From Desulfomonilia bacterium (GTDB lineage: Bacteria > Desulfobacterota > Desulfomonilia > UBA1062), in contig JBEKDT010000002.1 in the NCBI GenBank assembly GCA_050014195.1, positions 64,001 through 128,000 of the forward strand: a DNA stretch of 64,000 nt, given 5' to 3'. Of this stretch, positions 58,914-64,000 are shown in pieces (the first letter of the stretch is position 1; each line of letters opens with the position of its first letter). The translations under genes were made by a program, and so were the position numbers. The notes beneath the pieces were generated by a model that searched no databases, had not been told where the DNA came from, and saw nothing but the letters and a program-made list of their open reading frames with translations.

Positions 58914-60089
58914 ATGAGGGAAGTCGTCATCACCTCTGCAGTCAGGACACCAAATGGGAGTTTTGGTGGTTCATTGTCTCAGATGAGCCCGATAAAGTAT
59001 GGAGCCATAGCCATTGAAGAGGCAATCAAACGTTCAAAGATCGAGAAAGGACAGGTAAACGAGGTTATCTTGGGCATGGTCCTGCCCTGCGGCCATGGCC
59101 AGAACCCTGCAAGAATCGCGGCAGTCCAGGCAGGTCTGCCGTGGGATGCCGGATGCCTCACCATCAACAAGGTGTGCGGCTCTGCCCTGAAGGCCATGAT
59201 GCTCGCCGTCCAGGCCATCCAGACCCACGATGCAGACGTCGTAGTGGCTGGCGGCATGGAGAATATGAGTATGGCACCCTACTACCTCGATAAGGCCCGT
59301 TTTGGTTATCGCATGGGTCCAGGATCAATCCAGGACCATATGGTGCACGACGGCCTGTGGGATGTGGTGAATGATTTCCATATGGGTATCTCCAATGAAC
59401 TCTGCTCTGAAAAGTACCATATCTCCCGCGAGGACCAGGACCGGTATGCCCAGCGGTCATACAGCCTTGCACTGAAATCTATAAAGGAGGGGAAGTTCGC
59501 CGAAGAGATCGTGCCGGTGGGCGTACCCCAGCGAAAAGGAGATCCTAAGATCTTCAGCGTGGATGAGTGCCCGCGCGAGACTACCTATGAGATGCTCAGT
59601 AAAATGCCGAGCGCCTTCAAGAAGGGCGGCGTCACCACTGCAGGCAATGCATCCACTATTTCGGACGGTGCATCTGCGGTGGTACTCATGGCAAAAGAGA
59701 GGGCCAAGGAACTCGGGTGTACCATCCTTGCCACCATCGGCGCCCAGGCCACTGCGGGCCTCGACATGAAATATGTTCTCGTTGCCCCCATCCTTGCCAT
59801 ACCCAAGGTATTGAAGAAGGAAGGGATCGGGCTTAAAGACGTGGACTTCTTTGAGATTAATGAGGCCTTTGCAGGTTCGACCCTGGCGGTCATCCGTGAG
59901 CTCGGCATCGACATGGACAAGGTGAACGTAAACGGCGGCAGCATTGCGCTGGGCCACCCGATAGGCTCCAGCGGTACCCGTGTATTCACCACCCTGATCC
60001 ATGAGATGAAACGCAAGGACAAGACCATAGGCCTGGCAACGCTCTGCCTGGGCGGGGGCGAGGCAGTGGCTTTGATTGTAAGGCGTTAG
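58914..60089 (+). CDS. Acetyl-CoA C-acetyltransferase (thiolase)
   Basis: NKVCGS, NEAF, GHPIG, CLGGG. Confidence 0.95.
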   Translation: MREVVITSAVRTPNGSFGGSLSQMSPIKYGAIAIEEAIKRSKIEKGQVNEVILGMVLPCGHGQNPARIAAVQAGLPWDAGCLTINKVCGSALKAMMLAVQAIQTHDADVVVAGGMENMSMAPYYLDKARFGYRMGPGSIQDHMVHDGLWDVVNDFHMGISNELCSEKYHISREDQDRYAQRSYSLALKSIKEGKFAEEIVPVGVPQRKGDPKIFSVDECPRETTYEMLSKMPSAFKKGGVTTAGNASTISDGASAVVLMAKERAKELGCTILATIGAQATAGLDMKYVLVAPILAIPKVLKKEGIGLKDVDFFEINEAFAGSTLAVIRELGIDMDKVNVNGGSIALGHPIGSSGTRVFTTLIHEMKRKDKTIGLATLCLGGGEAVALIVRR

Positions 60090-60127
60090 TGGATATCGTT
60101 TCCCTCTAAATATAAAAGGAGCAAACC

Positions 60128-60979
<852 letters not shown>

Positions 60980-61000
60980 AAACTAAAGGCGCCTGGTAAT

Positions 61001-61138
61001 TGAGGAGCACCTTCCGGTGCGACCCATTCCCAATGTCGCGGCTAAAGCCGCTCCTACAATATACAACATATTATCGAGATGGAGGAGAGCCTTCAGGCGC
61101 GACCCATTTTTGGATGTCGCGGCTAAAGCCGCTCCTAC
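61001..61138. repeat. Two tandem REP doublets between convergent genes
   Basis: GTCGCGGCTAAAGCCGCTCCTAC at 61035-57 and 61116-38, each preceded by a degenerate inverted partner; period about 81 bp. Confidence 0.85.
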
Positions 61139-61212
61139 AATTATTCATTCTGGTCGGATGATTCAGTTTCTCGTCACTATTCACCAGTCGCTTCCTTTCC
61201 GATCACTGCTCA

Positions 61213-61968
61213 CTATTTGTCCGCCCTGTATACCTCAATAAACTCCACATACGAGATAGACTTTTCATTGGTGTTGTCAGAGTCGTTCATGATGCCGATG
61301 GTGGCGTGTCTGGGCGGCTTCTTTTTGAAGATTTCTTCGTAATCCTTCAGGATATTAACTTCTTCATCGACCCATTGCCCTACATGACTGCTGCCTTTTT
61401 CAAGGAATAACATCCTGTTCCGGTCCGTATATGGGCTTGCAATAGTTCTCTCAGGAAGGACCTTGCTCGACCAAACATAATTCAGGGAGCCCCATGGCGG
61501 ATATTCGCCATAGATGAGCCTGGCTGCATTGAAGATGGCACGATCGATGGGCCCTGCCTTCTGCGGATCATACTCAAAGGCGATATAGATCCTGATGGGA
61601 TAATCATCCCCGGATTTCACTTTTGGGTCGGCATTTTTATAGATGTTCGAGACCTTCCAGCGCCACCTTATATTCGGATATTCATAGACATCAAATGGTC
61701 TCTTGCAGACAAGCAGAGATGCGGATGCATCGCTCCTGGCCGCCAGATAGGATTCCGCACCCGATCTTTCAATCCTGTACACGGTGTGTTGTGATATCTT
61801 GGGAAAGAAGACATCTTTCCATGCGGACAGGTCATTGAAATCTTCCCGGAATAAGACCTGACCGCTTGCGGAAAAGGCAGGGCATGCAAGCACGCCGATG
61901 AAAAGTGCTAACCATGCCAGCGTTCGTACAAGGATTCCCTCATCGAGGGGGGAATTTGATGTGTGCAT
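61213..61968 (-). CDS. DUF3047 domain protein
   Basis: WRWKV, GDDYPIRIY, LNYVW, W..E.VNI..DY, IMNDSDNT. Confidence 0.88.
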   Translation of the reverse strand: MHTSNSPLDEGILVRTLAWLALFIGVLACPAFSASGQVLFREDFNDLSAWKDVFFPKISQHTVYRIERSGAESYLAARSDASASLLVCKRPFDVYEYPNIRWRWKVSNIYKNADPKVKSGDDYPIRIYIAFEYDPQKAGPIDRAIFNAARLIYGEYPPWGSLNYVWSSKVLPERTIASPYTDRNRMLFLEKGSSHVGQWVDEEVNILKDYEEIFKKKPPRHATIGIMNDSDNTNEKSISYVEFIEVYRADK

Positions 61969-62003
61969 AATGTATACCCTTGTCTTTAAAAATCAATCCG
62001 TAT

Positions 62004-63374
62004 TCAGGCTCTGCGAGTTATTCTTTTTTTTGCAGCAATGATCAGCTGTTTCATCCATATGCCTATGGATCGCTCCCTGCTCCGATAAAGGACTGCAAGG
62101 TCATCAATCGGCATGCCGAGAAAGAACCCCACCATGGCGAGCTGGTTCAGGACCAAGGCTCTGAAGGGGCTGATGGCCTGGAAGCGTCGTGAAGAGGTTG
62201 TGACCTTTGACTTCAGGGTTACGACCCTGCCAGTTTCGTGCATGGCCCGGATAAAGGCCACATCTTCCATGATAGGGACTTCGGGGAATCCCCCTGCATT
62301 ATGGAAGGTACCTTTCCTCACAAAAAAACCCTGGTCGCCATAAGGAAGCTTCAGGTAACGCGACCTCAGATTCGCCCCAAAGGCAATGAGATCCATCACA
62401 AAATCGCCCTCATGGAAGCTCAGGCTGAAGGCCCCGGCAGCAACATCGGAATCGGCCAGTGCCGACCTGATAGCGTCATCATATCCACGTGGCAGCACGG
62501 AATCGGCATGTACGAAGAGGAGGATATCGCCAAGTGCATGCCCGACCCCCTCGTTCATCTGGGCCGCCCTTCCCTTGCACGTTGGAACAACCCTTGCCCC
62601 CAAGCTTGCTGAGAGCTCTCGTGTGCCGTCAATGCTGCCGCCGTCGGCCACGATCACCTCCACATTCTTCCCTGCAAGAGCACTCTTTAGAGTCTTCCTG
62701 ATAAAGGTCTTTTCATCGATTGCAGGGATGATGACCGAAATCATGGGCAGTGAACGCGCTTTCGCCGCCTCATGCCATGAGGGAAGGTCCTCAGGCCGGT
62801 CTATGTCCGAGAGCCTGTCTAGGAGGACCGCTTGAAGGCCGATACCTTTTATGATCTCATAAGTATGTTTCAGGACTTTGCCGGTGCCCCAGGGTATGGA
62901 CCGGAAGATATCCGGTATGGGCCCTTTGAGCCCTATGAGATAATATCCGCCGTCAGCGCTTGGACCGATGGCACAATCGCACCCTTTTAAGGCAGAAAAG
63001 GCCTGCCTGAGGATGGCCGTGGTAATGCCGGGGCAATCGGTTCCGATGAGCACTACACGCTGCGATCCGCCGGTAAATGCCCTTAAGAATGATGCGTGCA
63101 TCTTTTCACCAAGATCGATACCTTCCTGGGGTATGAAGCTGAGCTCCGTTCCCAAAAGGGCCTCCATCTTCCGTTCATCACCACCATTATAATGAACTTC
63201 AAGGACAATGCCGTCGGTTGTCGCGAAATCGCGGGCTGTTTTCAATGTATGTTTGACCATGTCGTTCTGCAGGGCTGCTGCACCATCTTTGCCAAGAACG
63301 GGGATCAGGCGGTTCTTGACATTTCCCGGTTCAGGGTAACGGGTGAAAATGATCAGGGTGTCTTTTATCTTCAT
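62004..63374 (-). CDS. Fusion of TIGR04282 (DUF2064) and TIGR04283 (GT2) glycosyltransferases
   Basis: IFTRYPEPG.VK.RL, Q.G.DLG, IGTDCP, GPSADGGYYLIG, DIDRPED; then SVIIP, DGGS, GRAAQMN, HADS, PYGDQG, MED. Confidence 0.88.
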   Translation of the reverse strand: MKIKDTLIIFTRYPEPGNVKNRLIPVLGKDGAAALQNDMVKHTLKTARDFATTDGIVLEVHYNGGDERKMEALLGTELSFIPQEGIDLGEKMHASFLRAFTGGSQRVVLIGTDCPGITTAILRQAFSALKGCDCAIGPSADGGYYLIGLKGPIPDIFRSIPWGTGKVLKHTYEIIKGIGLQAVLLDRLSDIDRPEDLPSWHEAAKARSLPMISVIIPAIDEKTFIRKTLKSALAGKNVEVIVADGGSIDGTRELSASLGARVVPTCKGRAAQMNEGVGHALGDILLFVHADSVLPRGYDDAIRSALADSDVAAGAFSLSFHEGDFVMDLIAFGANLRSRYLKLPYGDQGFFVRKGTFHNAGGFPEVPIMEDVAFIRAMHETGRVVTLKSKVTTSSRRFQAISPFRALVLNQLAMVGFFLGMPIDDLAVLYRSRERSIGIWMKQLIIAAKKRITRRA

Positions 63375-63421
63375 ATCATCAACAACACTCATTGCAAGAA
63401 CAGGCCAAGAGGAAATCAGTC

Positions 63422-63865
63422 TTATTTGCTCAAAGCACTTTCGAATCTCTTTCTGATCTCCTCCATGCGTTTCCGGTTCACCCCGAGGTCGGAGTAGCCC
63501 TTTCTGGAGGCGGAACGGAAGTTGATGAGCTTGTTCGTGTCATCAAAAGAGAACTCCACATCATCCACAAACCGGAATAAACGTGATGTGAACTCTGCAT
63601 GAATGTAATCACCCGTATCAGTGATGACCTTTGCCCTTCTCATCGATGATATCACCTGTATAAGCCGCTGCTTTGCCTGCTCCATGGTCCCGGTGTACCT
63701 GATAGGATCGATGCGGTGAGTATCATCCTGTGCCTGGGTTGAAACGCAGTTGGGGCTGCCTGGACATGGTGCAAACTTCCCTTCCTTCACCCCGAGCATG
63801 GATGGCCTGGTGCCCGAGCAGCATGATAGGAACAGACACAACATGATGGCACTGCCTATCTTCAT
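63422..63865 (-). CDS. DUF1499 domain lipoprotein
   Basis: CPGSPNCVS, FVDDVEF, RSASRKGYSDLGVNRKR. Confidence 0.9.
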   Translation of the reverse strand: MKIGSAIMLCLFLSCCSGTRPSMLGVKEGKFAPCPGSPNCVSTQAQDDTHRIDPIRYTGTMEQAKQRLIQVISSMRRAKVITDTGDYIHAEFTSRLFRFVDDVEFSFDDTNKLINFRSASRKGYSDLGVNRKRMEEIRKRFESALSK

Positions 63866-64000
63866 ATCTTTCTCCTTATCTTCTCATTTACCAGCTATGA
63901 TCTCTTAAGCAATAAGCTTACTATAAGAATAAGGACGGGCATTGGGAATGTCAAAGGCTCCTCCCCGGATCAGGAGGCCTGTTGCCCGGCTCCGGATTAA

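Noticed and set aside
61017-61241. ORF with a duplicated VAAKAAPT
   Set aside because: It is the translation of REP copies.

Overview
Bacterial chromosomal window, probably from an anaerobic Desulfobacterota (deltaproteobacterium). This placement is inferred from the alternative haem pathway genes ahbD/ahbA, a DUF4388 cluster, DUF6160 and PEP-CTERM-like proteins, and many sigma-54 promoter boxes. Core blocks: DUF4388 signalling cluster; cNMP phosphodiesterase-accD-folC-lptD-HD; manC; hemB-ahbD-ahbA; rplU-rpmA-obgE-proB-proA-nadD-rsfS-rlmH; nadC-nadA-nadB; glgP; pth; uvrC-plsB-rlpA; eno; thiolase-hbd; DUF1499-TIGR04282/04283 fusion-DUF3047. Two visibly AT-richer accessory tracts (about 23.3-37.2 kb and 50.8-57.4 kb) hold small ORFs, secreted proteins and gene remnants. 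I saw no rRNA, tRNA, CRISPR array, integrase or transposase. Most notable observations: a candidate sigma-54-driven anti-Shine-Dalgarno sRNA (18.62-18.78 kb); a kinase-less DUF4388/HAMP/REC module; tandem stand-alone globin-like (RsbRD_N) paralogs beside haem genes; an attC-like inverted repeat enclosing a structured insert; a decayed sigma-54 activator/UAS/CsbD module; a frameshifted PEP-CTERM gene next to a TPR-glycosyltransferase; a HAD-FAM151-like fusion; a nested-stem element before glgP; and two families of palindromic repeats. All family calls come from motif recognition by eye, not database searches.
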